A stretch of DNA of 64,000 bases from Candidatus Latescibacterota bacterium (GTDB taxonomy: Bacteria > Latescibacterota > UBA2968), in the NCBI GenBank assembly GCA_965208125.1, contig OZ242320.1:96001-160000 (forward strand). Reading direction: 5' to 3'. Positions 8,471 through 17,905 of the stretch are shown here, piece after piece. Numbering within the stretch: the first letter of the stretch is position 1; each line of letters starts with the position of its first letter. The translations under genes and the position numbers were made by a program. The notes under the pieces were generated by a model that ran no database searches, was not told the origin of the DNA, and saw only the letters and a program-made list of their open reading frames with translations.

Positions 8471-9340
8471 ATGTCACACATTCAAGACACCTTACAAACG
8501 CCACCGCAAACCACTGCGCTATTGATCTGGCAGCGATTGCGAAAAAACCGTCTCTCCATTGTCGGAAGTATATTGATCGGCGGCTTTTTGCTCTTGGCAT
8601 TCGCAGCGCCATTAATCGCCCCTGCTGATCCAATGGCGCAGGCACTCTACAATCGCCTATCGCCTCCAACACTCGACCACCCGTTTGGCACAGATGATTT
8701 TGGCCGAGACATATTGAGCCGCGTCATCTATGGCGCGCGGATCTCTCTGCGCGTCGGGGTATTCGCTGTATTGATCGCCCTTATACTGGGCACCTGTATT
8801 GGGGTCGTCGCGGGCTATTGGGGGGGATGGATAGATCAGATATTGATGCGTCTGATGGATCTGCTGCTCGCCTTTCCGAGCATATTGCTCGCAATCGGCA
8901 TCGTGGCTATTTTGGGACCCGGCCTGGAAAATGCGATGTTGGCCGTCGGCATTGTGGCTATGCCGCAATATGCGCGTCTGATTCGCGCGTCCGTCTTGAC
9001 CGTGCGAGAAACCGATTATGTCATGGCCGCACGCGCCCTGGGAGCATCGGATTGGCGCATACTATGCGTAGCCGTCTTGCCCAATTGTCTCGCCCCATTG
9101 ATTGTCCAGGCGACATTGGGATTGGCAACCGCAATCCTCGACGCTGCAGGACTGAGCTTTCTCGGCCTGGGCGCGCAACCCCCCACCCCCGAATGGGGGG
9201 CGATGTTGAGCCAGGGACGCGAACTGATAGTGCGCGCACCCTGGGTACTCACCTTTCCAGGTGGAGCGATCTTTTTTACAGTACTGGCATTTAATCTGGT
9301 CGGCGATGGTCTGCGAGACGCGCTGGACCCAAAGGCTTAA
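8471..9340 (+). CDS. dppC: Dipeptide/oligopeptide ABC transporter permease
   Basis: HPFGTDDFGRDILSRVIYGARISL; LSFLGLGAQPPTPEWG; GDGLRDALDP. Confidence 0.92.
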   Translation: MSHIQDTLQTPPQTTALLIWQRLRKNRLSIVGSILIGGFLLLAFAAPLIAPADPMAQALYNRLSPPTLDHPFGTDDFGRDILSRVIYGARISLRVGVFAVLIALILGTCIGVVAGYWGGWIDQILMRLMDLLLAFPSILLAIGIVAILGPGLENAMLAVGIVAMPQYARLIRASVLTVRETDYVMAARALGASDWRILCVAVLPNCLAPLIVQATLGLATAILDAAGLSFLGLGAQPPTPEWGAMLSQGRELIVRAPWVLTFPGGAIFFTVLAFNLVGDGLRDALDPKA

Positions 9341-10572
9341 TTCAATTTTTCCATCGGACCGAGAGCGACAAGCGCGGGATCCTCATCGAGAGGATATTTT
9401 TCGAGATAATCGGCAATGCGCTCTGGCGTAACGGCATCGATCTCCGCGCGTTCTTCCTCGAGCGTTTTGAGTGGCGTGCTGGTACTCAGACTACCCACAA
9501 TTTGAGAAAAGCGAGAAAGACCGTTTTCCCCACTACAAATAATACCCGTAGCCTGCTTGGTCTTGGCGCGCTGGAGCGCATCGTTATCAATCCCATTTTT
9601 TAAATCCGCCATTTCGCGCCGCACAATATCGAGAACCTGAGACACATTTTGTGGATCCACGGACAGATAAACATAAAAAAGTCCCGCATCGCTAAAATTG
9701 ATATACTCTGCCGAAGCCTCATCAGCCAGACCCTGTTGAATAACAGACCAGTAGAGCCGGCTATTGGTCGATGCCCCCAAATAAACAGAAAGCAAATCCG
9801 CAGTAGCGGCATGGTCATCGGAAGACGGGGGCGCGGGAAGCGCGAGCGCGATATGTTCGCGCGCCACACCATCGCGTTGTACAACGCGATTTGAAGCGTG
9901 AAAAGTTGGGATAGATTGCTCTCGACCATTATCAGACACCTGCCAGCCTCCGCAATGTGCCTCAACAGCGCGAATAATCTCATCGCGCTCAAACGCACCT
10001 GTAATGACAAATGTGAGATTATTGGGACCATAACGCCGCTGGTGATATTCCGCCATCAAATCGCGGGTAATAGACTTCACCGTATCCTCTGTCCCCAGCA
10101 CACTTTGTCCCAGTGGATGATTGCCGAAAGCCTCTTGAATGAGATCGTCAATAATGAGCGCGTCGGGCTGATCGTGATACATCGCAATCTCTTCGAGAAT
10201 GACCTTCTTCTCCATATCAAACTCGTCCGATGGCAAATTGGCGCGCATCATATCGCTGAGAATTTCGATAGAATCCGTTGCCCGATCACTTTGCACCCAG
10301 TGAAAATAAGCCGTACCCTCCCACCATGTGTAGGCATTCCACATAGCGCCCAGATCATCGACATCAAGCGAAAGTTGCCGCCAGTCGCGCTTGGGCGTCC
10401 CCTTGAAACACATGTGTTCGAGAAAATGTGAAATCCCCAAAAGGTCTGGGGCTTCGTCGCGCGATCCCGTCTGGGCAAAAAAGCCCAGCGCAGCCGAACG
10501 AATGCGAGGAATCGTTTCAAAAACAAGCGTGAGGCCATTATCGAGGGTATGCGTGGAAAAGGGTGAAGACAT
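9337..10572 (-). CDS. M16 (pitrilysin) family zinc peptidase, catalytic subunit
   Basis: GISHFLEHMCFKGT (HxxEH) and downstream EEIAM. Confidence 0.9.
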   Translation of the reverse strand: MSSPFSTHTLDNGLTLVFETIPRIRSAALGFFAQTGSRDEAPDLLGISHFLEHMCFKGTPKRDWRQLSLDVDDLGAMWNAYTWWEGTAYFHWVQSDRATDSIEILSDMMRANLPSDEFDMEKKVILEEIAMYHDQPDALIIDDLIQEAFGNHPLGQSVLGTEDTVKSITRDLMAEYHQRRYGPNNLTFVITGAFERDEIIRAVEAHCGGWQVSDNGREQSIPTFHASNRVVQRDGVAREHIALALPAPPSSDDHAATADLLSVYLGASTNSRLYWSVIQQGLADEASAEYINFSDAGLFYVYLSVDPQNVSQVLDIVRREMADLKNGIDNDALQRAKTKQATGIICSGENGLSRFSQIVGSLSTSTPLKTLEEERAEIDAVTPERIADYLEKYPLDEDPALVALGPMEKLN

Positions 10573-10610
10573 AAATTGCTCCTGTGAAAACTGAATGATC
10601 CTCTCGCCTC

Positions 10611-11843
10611 TTAACCCCCCAGTGGTTGAGGTCCTAAAACCAGTAATGTACCAGGTGTTGAGGGAAAAGTCTCAATATATTGCGGAATCTGATCGAGAGT
10701 AACGGCATCAATACCCGCGGCGATTTCGTCAATCGTCCGCACGCGGCCCTCGAGAAATAAGTCTTCGATGATACCACCAGCGCGGCCCTCGGGCAAATCG
10801 CCAATGGTAAAAAGGCGCCCCTTGAGCACTGTCTTGGCCCGAATGAGTTCTTCGGCAGTGACATCGCGGCGCAATCGCGCAAGCTCCGATTGACAGACAT
10901 CCAGGGTCTCCTGGGCGCGGTCAGCAGTCGTACCTGCATAAACCGCCATCAGACCACCACCGCGGTATGCCTGATAAAAAGCCGACACACTATAGGCCAG
11001 GCCGCGTTTTTCGCGGACCTCTGTAAATAATCGGCTCGATCCACCGCCGGAAAGGATGGCGATGGCAAGTTGCCCCGCGTAATAGAGATCGTGGCCTCGA
11101 GGAACACCGCAAGAGAGCAGACAAATATGGGCTTGCTCTGATGGCTTTTCGTGATGTACACTGCGGTCAGCAACAGAAATAGAATGAAAATCTCCACTGT
11201 CTGGTGCTTCGCCTGCCCATCCGCCAAAAACATCGCCAACAGTCTCAACTACAGTTCCCGCATCCAGACCGCCTGCAACCCCAATAAGTAAATGGGCTGG
11301 CCTGCAATGTGCATCCCAATGGCGGCGAACGCCCGCAGGTGTAATAGCCGACACTGTATCGGGTTCTCCAAGGGGAATCCTGCCCATCGGCGAGCCAAGC
11401 CCCGCCTTATAGGCCATATACATGGCTTGTTGTATGGGGTTGTCCTCCATCCGTTTGAGTTCCTCAAGAGTGAGGATCTTGGCGATCTCGACCTGATCAC
11501 TGGGAAAAGATGCACTGCGAAAAAGTTCGGCATAAAGTTCAAGTGCGGATTTGAATTTGTCGGGCAGGACTTGTGCGAGAAAAGAGGTGTATTCGACGGA
11601 AGTCGAGGAACTGCGCCTTATCCCCAGACCGTCAAAAGCGTCGAATATGGCGCGTGCGTCGTGTCTGGGCGTACCCTTAAAAAGGACATCTTCAGCAATA
11701 TGCGTAATACCCAATCTATCGTTGGGATCGTCTTTCGCGCCAAAAGCAAAACGAAATGAAACAACCAGCGATTGCGCGCCGGGCATGGGTTCGACAACCG
11801 CGCGAATGCCGTTGTCGAGGGTATAAATTTGTGGCTCGGACAT
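10611..11843 (-). CDS. M16 family peptidase-like protein, probably non-catalytic partner
   Basis: LDNG start; GITHIAEDVLFKGT (HxxED instead of HxxEH); SRLFTEVREKRGLAY. Confidence 0.88.
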   Translation of the reverse strand: MSEPQIYTLDNGIRAVVEPMPGAQSLVVSFRFAFGAKDDPNDRLGITHIAEDVLFKGTPRHDARAIFDAFDGLGIRRSSSTSVEYTSFLAQVLPDKFKSALELYAELFRSASFPSDQVEIAKILTLEELKRMEDNPIQQAMYMAYKAGLGSPMGRIPLGEPDTVSAITPAGVRRHWDAHCRPAHLLIGVAGGLDAGTVVETVGDVFGGWAGEAPDSGDFHSISVADRSVHHEKPSEQAHICLLSCGVPRGHDLYYAGQLAIAILSGGGSSRLFTEVREKRGLAYSVSAFYQAYRGGGLMAVYAGTTADRAQETLDVCQSELARLRRDVTAEELIRAKTVLKGRLFTIGDLPEGRAGGIIEDLFLEGRVRTIDEIAAGIDAVTLDQIPQYIETFPSTPGTLLVLGPQPLGG

Positions 11844-12008
11844 TGTGGTCCTCAGATAAAATTATAGGGGCAATGCTTCTGTGACCAATGCAGGGCGATA
11901 TCTCTACACTCGCCCAATTGGTTTTTCTCATATAATAACATGAATATATATTGTCAATAGATTATTGTGACGAATGCGATTTATTCTTTTCAGGAGGTCA
12001 TCATCTTC

Positions 12009-12983
12009 ATGAACGTCAAAGTCGAAAATTTGCGTGCGTTATGCCAGTCTATCTTGATCGATCGCGGACTCGACGCGGCTGACGCACATATTGTGACAGA
12101 TATCTTGATCGAAGCCGAATTGCGGGGACGCCCAACCCATGGGATGATCCGCTTGCCCGGCATTGCCGAGCGCGCATCTCAAGGAACTCAATCCCCCATG
12201 GTCATAGAAAAAGATGCACTGGCTTATGCCCTTATTGATGGACGGGATAATCTGGGCTATCTGGTAGCACATCGATGTGCAGGCGCCGCGATTGATAAAG
12301 CCAAACAAAGTGGGGTAGGCGTTGTGGGTGCGCGCGACACGAGCCACAGTGGGATGCTGGGATATTACGCCTCGATGATAGCCAATGCGGAACTGGTCGG
12401 ACTGGTTATGTGCAACACAGGCCCGCGCATTGTCCCCTGGGGCGGTCAACAGCCCATACTTGGGACAAATCCCATCGCAGCGGGATTTCCCGCGGCAGAA
12501 GGCCAGGTGCTGGTCGATTTTTCGTGCGCGGCAATTACCAATGGCGAAATATTGATGGCACTCAAAGACGGCAAAGAGATCCCCCCAGGACGCGCATTGG
12601 GGCCAGATGGCAAGCCGACAACCGATCCCGAGCAAGCGCGCGCAGGTGGGGCATTGCCCTTTGGCGAACACAAAGGATACGCTTTGAGTGTAATGATTCA
12701 ACTCTTTTCTGGCGTCTTGCTCAATGCTGCACCCGTACCTGAAATGGGAAAAAATTACGGAATTTTCATGCTGGCCATTGATCCCTCAATTTTTTTGGGG
12801 ATGGACATCTTTCAATCGGGCGTTAGCGAAGTCATCTACACCATTAAAAACTCAATGCCCGCAGATGGTGTAACCGAAATTTTGATCCCGGGCGAGCGCG
12901 CCTTTAGAGAACGCGAAATGCGGATACAGTCGGGCGTGGATATCGACGATGAATTAATGGAAGAACTCCAGCAATTGGCATAG
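12009..12983 (+). CDS. Ldh_2 family (malate/L-lactate/sulfolactate/ureidoglycolate-type) oxidoreductase
   Basis: AELRGRPTHG, HSGMLGYY, GTNPIA, PFGEHKGY, IPGE motifs; AGGAGG before ATG 12009. Confidence 0.85.
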   Translation: MNVKVENLRALCQSILIDRGLDAADAHIVTDILIEAELRGRPTHGMIRLPGIAERASQGTQSPMVIEKDALAYALIDGRDNLGYLVAHRCAGAAIDKAKQSGVGVVGARDTSHSGMLGYYASMIANAELVGLVMCNTGPRIVPWGGQQPILGTNPIAAGFPAAEGQVLVDFSCAAITNGEILMALKDGKEIPPGRALGPDGKPTTDPEQARAGGALPFGEHKGYALSVMIQLFSGVLLNAAPVPEMGKNYGIFMLAIDPSIFLGMDIFQSGVSEVIYTIKNSMPADGVTEILIPGERAFREREMRIQSGVDIDDELMEELQQLA

Positions 12984-13017
12984 GAATTGTACCCTCTCTC
13001 CTCTTAACTCTTTACCC

Positions 13018-13046
13018 TTGACAGTCCGAATGAGGTTGGCTACCTT
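13018..13046 (+). promoter_or_regulatory. Sigma70 promoter of the lysine riboswitch/dap operon
   Basis: TTGACA-N17-TACCTT ending 8 nt before riboswitch P1. Confidence 0.7.
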
Positions 13047-13054
13047 TCCGTTCC

Positions 13055-13243
13055 GCAAGGGTAGAGGCGCGAGCGATCATCAGTATGCGGCACAAGAGGC
13101 GAAACGGAGTATTGCTCCACTGTGCCGTCAAAAAGGGATCGTTCGCCGAAGTCCTGGCCTGTTTCGCCGCAGAGCAGGGCTGGTTTAGTGGATAATATCT
13201 GCTGAACTGTCACGGGAAAAGTTTCCGTGGAGAGCTCTCTTGT
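13055..13243 (+). ncRNA. Lysine riboswitch (L-box) aptamer
   Basis: Conserved blocks AGAGGCGC, AGTA, AAAAGGG, GCCGAA, CTGG..AATA, ACTGTC, GGAGAGCT; loop-loop complement GGCGAAAC/GTTTCGCC; upstream of dapA. Confidence 0.9.
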
Positions 13244-13266
13244 TCGCGAGATTTTCTGCTGCGTTT

Positions 13267-13305
13267 AGCGTCTGGCGATGCCCTTGAGAAGCCGGCGCTT
13301 TTTTT
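13267..13305 (+). terminator. Terminator of the riboswitch expression platform
   Basis: AGCGTCTGGC...GCCGGCGCT followed by T7, before the dapA RBS. Confidence 0.7.
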
Positions 13306-13334
13306 GTCGCACAGTGCAGAAACTGGAGGTTTTT

Positions 13335-14363
13335 ATGTTAAAAGGATGTCATACGGCCTTAATCACACCCCTGACGGCCAACCAGGCTCTGGACCAGGAC
13401 GGTCTGGAAAAACTGGTGGCATTTCAGATTTCTGAAGGGATTGATGGCCTTTTGGCCTGCGGCACGACAGCTGAGAGTCCAACCTTGAGCAGTGATGAAC
13501 AAAGCTTGATTACGCGCGTAGTGTGCAGCCAGGCCAGAGAGCAGTGCCGCGCCATTGGGGGGGCAGGCAGCAACTCGACGGCAAAAACCTTAAAAGCAGC
13601 TGAATACGCAGCGCAAGTAGGTGCGGACTCCATCCTGCTCGTCGATCCCTATTACAACGGACCGAGTTCTCTGGAAATTCGCAAAGAATACGTCGAACCC
13701 GTGGCCCGTGCATTTCCCGAACTGGACATGATCCCCTATGTCATACCCGGTCGGTCCGGCACGAAATTGCTCCCAGAAGACCTCGGCATCTTGTATTCCG
13801 AATACAAGAATGTGAACACCGTGAAAGAGGCCACAGGCGATCTGGACAATATGGCACGCACCCGCGAATGTTGTGGTGATGCGTTTTCGATCATGTCCGG
13901 AGACGACGACAAAACATTTGACATGATGACCAGCGATCAGATTGACGCCGCGGGCGTAATCAGCGTAATATCCAATGTGGCACCCGGTCCTGTGACAAAA
14001 ATGGTACACGCCCTCCAAAGCGGAGACATGGACGAAGCAGATCGCCTGCACGCCGCACTGAAACCCTTATTTGGCATGGTCGGCGTTGTATCCGAAGAAC
14101 AAACACCTTATGGCGTGACAGAAGTCAAGGCGCGCAATCCATTGCCGGTAAAAACATTGATGAATATTTTGGGCATGCCAGCCGGGCCGTGTCGCCAGCC
14201 ATTGGGAAAAATGAATCGCACTGGACTGGATATCGTACTGGGCATTGCCCGCGAAGTACAGGCCAATAACCCAGAGGTATTCGCGCCCGTAGCATCATTC
14301 TTTGGTACAGATGTGGCGCAACGCCTGAACGATGATTCGGTACTGGAAGGACTGGCATATTGA
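13335..14363 (+). CDS. dapA: 4-hydroxy-tetrahydrodipicolinate synthase (long form)
   Basis: TALITP, GTTAESPTL, GAGSNST, PYYN, YVIPGRSG, VKEATG, SGDD; GGAGG before ATG 13335. Confidence 0.9.
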   Translation: MLKGCHTALITPLTANQALDQDGLEKLVAFQISEGIDGLLACGTTAESPTLSSDEQSLITRVVCSQAREQCRAIGGAGSNSTAKTLKAAEYAAQVGADSILLVDPYYNGPSSLEIRKEYVEPVARAFPELDMIPYVIPGRSGTKLLPEDLGILYSEYKNVNTVKEATGDLDNMARTRECCGDAFSIMSGDDDKTFDMMTSDQIDAAGVISVISNVAPGPVTKMVHALQSGDMDEADRLHAALKPLFGMVGVVSEEQTPYGVTEVKARNPLPVKTLMNILGMPAGPCRQPLGKMNRTGLDIVLGIAREVQANNPEVFAPVASFFGTDVAQRLNDDSVLEGLAY

Positions 14364-14364
14364 A

Positions 14365-14432
14365 GAAGTTTGAAGTTAGAAGTGTGAAGTTAGAAAGGGT
14401 GCTTCACACTTCATCCTTCACACTTCACACTT
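14365..14432. repeat. Heptamer tandem-repeat hairpin (GAAGTNN)4...(CTTCANN)4
   Basis: gaagttt gaagtta gaagtgt gaagtta ... cttcaca cttcatc cttcaca cttcaca. Confidence 0.85.
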
Positions 14433-14446
14433 TTTCTGGAGCAATT

Positions 14447-15253
14447 ATGATTAAGGTGGGTATTTGTGGTATTGCCGGGCGGATGGGACAGCGAATTTCT
14501 CATCTGACCCTCGAAGCCGAAGGACTGGATTTGGGCGGTGGAGTCGAGTTTCCAGGTCATCCCGTAATTGGAAAAGACATTGGCGAAGTTATAGGCGTTC
14601 CTCCCAAAGGTATATCAGTAGTAGATACGGTCGAAGCAATGACGGACAATGTCGATGTAATCACGGCATTCACAGCGCCCCCTGACCCGACAGTTGTCGC
14701 AGCAGAAATAGCTGGACGCGCTGGCGTGCCGATGGTCATTGGCACAACGGGATTGTCACCCGATCAGGTAGAGACCATGACACATGCCTTGAAAAATGTG
14801 GCCTGTGTATTCGCGCCCAATTTCAGCGTAGGTGTAACAGTATTAGTGCAACTCGTCGAAGAAGCCGCGCGCATTTTGGGCGGCGATTACGACGCAGAAA
14901 TCGTCGAAGCGCACCATCGATTTAAAACCGATGCGCCATCGGGAACGGCTTATGCACTGGCCGAAGCCGCAGCAAGGGGATTGGACCGCAACTTGCAAGA
15001 GGTGGGTGTATATGGTCGCTATGGCGATACGGGCGCGCGGACACGCGAAGAAATCGGCGTACACGCCATTCGCGCCGGCGATATCGTCGGCGAACACACG
15101 GTCATGTTCGGAGGCATTGGAGAAACCATCGAACTCGCCCATCGCGCACAAAGTCGCGATACATTTGCCTCCGGCGTGATTCGGGCCATTCCCTTTGCCG
15201 TTGAAGCCGATCCGGGGATGTACGACATGCGCGATGTATTGGGGTTGAGATGA
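14447..15253 (+). CDS. dapB: 4-hydroxy-tetrahydrodipicolinate reductase
   Basis: GIAGRMG, GTTG, APNFSVG, EAHHRFKTDAPSGTA, RAGDIVGEH. Confidence 0.95.
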   Translation: MIKVGICGIAGRMGQRISHLTLEAEGLDLGGGVEFPGHPVIGKDIGEVIGVPPKGISVVDTVEAMTDNVDVITAFTAPPDPTVVAAEIAGRAGVPMVIGTTGLSPDQVETMTHALKNVACVFAPNFSVGVTVLVQLVEEAARILGGDYDAEIVEAHHRFKTDAPSGTAYALAEAAARGLDRNLQEVGVYGRYGDTGARTREEIGVHAIRAGDIVGEHTVMFGGIGETIELAHRAQSRDTFASGVIRAIPFAVEADPGMYDMRDVLGLR

Positions 15254-15258
15254 GAAAG

Positions 15259-15292
15259 GTAAGACATAAAACGAAGATGTAAAACGCAAAAG
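15259..15292 (+). repeat. Degenerate heptamer repeat (GTAAGAC/GTAAAAC-like)
   Basis: gtaagac ataaaac gaagat gtaaaac gcaaaag between dapB stop and next RBS. Confidence 0.5.
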
Positions 15293-15304
15293 AGGAGGAA
15301 ATTC

Positions 15305-17212
15305 ATGAATGTTGATGTGCATGCGGCATTTGATGCCGGACAAACCCTTGCTGTGGCAGACCGGATTTTAATTTCACCGCAAGCGGGTTCTTTGCAGAGC
15401 CGCGTAGATGAACTCTTAGATGCAATTGAGAATAGCGGGGCCTCTGGCGATTTGATTTGCAAAACATTGATACAGTTGGGGATGAATTTTGTCGGGCGCG
15501 ATGCCGAGATTGTTGGATATGGCACTGAGGAAATAGACACAGCACTCGACAGTGTATTGGACGCCCTCGACAATCTGGGAGGCGATCACGCAACAGGTGT
15601 TGTGAATAGCTTTTTGGCCGACATGAAATCTGTGAACCTATCCGATAGTCTCTCTGGATTATTGGCCGAGCGAATTGAGTCAAATCTGGACGCAGACAAT
15701 CCCGCGCGGTCATTTCTGGAATTGCTCAAGACCAATATGCGCGGCGGTGTGTATTGGCAGATGATCGGTGAAAATGTCTGTAAATTTGGCAATGACTTTG
15801 CGCGCGGTCTGGAATACTTGCGGCACTACGGCTTTTGTCAGGTCTCGACAAACCCGGTATTGGCTGCCAAAGCATTTGACGAAGACCCCTCGCTGGATGA
15901 TGAACTCAAAGCCGAGATCTCCAGGCACGACGAGTGGAAAGCCCATCCCGAAAAATATGCCGATGACATTGTAATGGCTGCCACACTCATTGCGCTGTGG
16001 CCCAATCTTTCAATCTTTCGACCTCTGGCGATGCACACGGGCCTGAAAGACTACATGGTGAGTTTTCAACTCAATCCCAATATCGCAGATCAGGCCGATG
16101 CCAGCATCGAAGATGCGCGCAACGCATATCGCATTGCCGATGACTATTTGAAAGGCTATGACAAATTATTGGGCGTCGGGGATATAACCCTGGATCCCAA
16201 TATCGTATTCAAGGTCGGCGGTGGACACGAAGCAGCGCGAAAAATCACGACCGTGCTCAACAGCGAAGGCATTGGCACAAATAACACAGTCGTTTACACA
16301 GTGGCACAGGAAGTGCAACTCGTCATCGATGCCTTCGAAGGCAAAGCCAGAGCGGCACAGGCCGGCAAGCAAGTGGTGAGAACTTATGAAACGAATATGG
16401 GTGGACGGTTTGTAAGCCATTTGCGCGAGGTAGAAGCCGAAAAGCTATTCGGCGCATTATCAGAAGACCGCGCCAGTGAATTGCTCGCCGAACTCGCTTC
16501 AGACCTGGAAGTCGATATACCCGAAGGAACATTGGCCGAACAAGTGGTAGAAATATGTTCTTATGCTCACTTGAAGTCTCTGGATCATCCCGTAATCTTA
16601 AAAGTTGCCGAAGCAGCCGGTCAGTCTTCAGAAGCAATTGTGCAACTCGAAGCCGATCTTAAAAAAGCGGGGACGGTCATTGCGCGGCGCGTACATTGGA
16701 TTTTCTACGCGCCTGAAAATCGGCCCAAATGGGTTGCCTACTTATCAGACACCTACGGTTTGTCAGAAGATCAGGCACAGTGGATTTTGGCTTCAATGGA
16801 CGTATTGCCCGCGTCCAAGCGCGTCCCCGATGACACGCTTCACGCACTGGGCGCAAACATGTGCCATACAGAATTTCCCAACCATCAACGCGCCGTTCAA
16901 CTCGTGTCAGAAGCACCCGATTTTGACCTGGCCGAACTCAGGGGATCAATCGGCCATGAATACGAACCAGGCGTGACACAGCGACTTTACGAATTACCCG
17001 ATTTTCAGAAGGGCTACGATCTGACGCCCTCTCTAAAGGATTTTCTCGAGAACGAGGTTCAAATTGATCTGAGCGGCTGGCAAACGCGGGGCATGGAACC
17101 CGGCGACTGGCCCGAATTTGGATCGGTTCAAAAAACCACCACTGAGTTTAAAGCCGCGTATGACGCATTTTTGGTGCGATGCGTTGAACTGGCCAAAGAA
17201 GTTGCTGGATAA
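15305..17212 (+). CDS. Large transaldolase-family protein with N-terminal extension
   Basis: QVSTNPVL (TTNP-like), VSFQLNP, NIVFKV (candidate Schiff-base Lys), GIGTNNTVVYTVAQ, NMGGR; GAGGAGG RBS. Confidence 0.65.
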   Translation: MNVDVHAAFDAGQTLAVADRILISPQAGSLQSRVDELLDAIENSGASGDLICKTLIQLGMNFVGRDAEIVGYGTEEIDTALDSVLDALDNLGGDHATGVVNSFLADMKSVNLSDSLSGLLAERIESNLDADNPARSFLELLKTNMRGGVYWQMIGENVCKFGNDFARGLEYLRHYGFCQVSTNPVLAAKAFDEDPSLDDELKAEISRHDEWKAHPEKYADDIVMAATLIALWPNLSIFRPLAMHTGLKDYMVSFQLNPNIADQADASIEDARNAYRIADDYLKGYDKLLGVGDITLDPNIVFKVGGGHEAARKITTVLNSEGIGTNNTVVYTVAQEVQLVIDAFEGKARAAQAGKQVVRTYETNMGGRFVSHLREVEAEKLFGALSEDRASELLAELASDLEVDIPEGTLAEQVVEICSYAHLKSLDHPVILKVAEAAGQSSEAIVQLEADLKKAGTVIARRVHWIFYAPENRPKWVAYLSDTYGLSEDQAQWILASMDVLPASKRVPDDTLHALGANMCHTEFPNHQRAVQLVSEAPDFDLAELRGSIGHEYEPGVTQRLYELPDFQKGYDLTPSLKDFLENEVQIDLSGWQTRGMEPGDWPEFGSVQKTTTEFKAAYDAFLVRCVELAKEVAG

Positions 17213-17265
17213 GCGGTTCACAATGCAGATATCAGCGGGGGTGAGGCTGTTACTCAGAATACGCA

Positions 17266-17835
17266 TCACTTATCCCCGCTTTTCATCTGCGCGTTTAAAA
17301 TAGCTCCCCTTCCCTCTCGATTCTCGATGCGTACAAAATACGATTCTTCGTGTCCTTCTGCCGAGAGCACCATCACATCCCGCATATTTTCGCCGCTCTC
17401 ATCCCCCTGTTGCTCCAATCGCCATATCATCACATATTCTGTTCCCGGGTCGCGTTGCCAGGGCACCAGAGGATCTACATCGACCAGCTTTCGAGGTTCT
17501 GCCCCACTAAAGTCCACACCTGTAGAAGTATGCACGGTAAACTTGATCTGCCCATTGCGCATATCGTAAACCACCTGCCCTTTTTCCACAAAATTTCTCT
17601 GGATATGGGGCTCCTGCACCGTCAGGGAATACGTACTGTCGCTGAGCACGAGAATTGTAATTTCTCGCTCCAGATCATCTTCTCCACGTATCCCGGTCTC
17701 GCTCCCGGCATACATGAACCACGCGCCCATTGGCGTATCCAATTTTTGTCGTGTCGCAATTTGCTCTTTCTTTTTTTCCTCCCCAACACATCCTGCAATC
17801 AGACACAATAATACTACCCCCAATATCTGTTTCAT
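17266..17835 (-). CDS. Hypothetical lipoprotein
   Basis: GGAGG then MKQILGVVLLCLIAGC (lipobox IAGC). Confidence 0.7.
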   Translation of the reverse strand: MKQILGVVLLCLIAGCVGEEKKKEQIATRQKLDTPMGAWFMYAGSETGIRGEDDLEREITILVLSDSTYSLTVQEPHIQRNFVEKGQVVYDMRNGQIKFTVHTSTGVDFSGAEPRKLVDVDPLVPWQRDPGTEYVMIWRLEQQGDESGENMRDVMVLSAEGHEESYFVRIENREGRGAILNAQMKSGDK

Positions 17836-17851
17836 AAACCCTCCATATATA

Positions 17852-17881
17852 AAAGCGGCCCAAACAAAAATTTGGACCGCT
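17852..17881 (-). terminator. Probable terminator after dnaJ
   Basis: Minus strand AGCGGTCCAAA...TTTGGGCCGCT followed by TTT. Confidence 0.55.
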
Positions 17882-17905
17882 CGCCTGTTTCCCTTGTGAT
17901 GTACA

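Noticed and set aside
14360-14446. N-terminal extensions of DapB (and likewise KdgK, 62765-62893) in the ORF track
   Set aside because: These are translations of intergenic heptamer repeats; RBS-supported starts lie downstream
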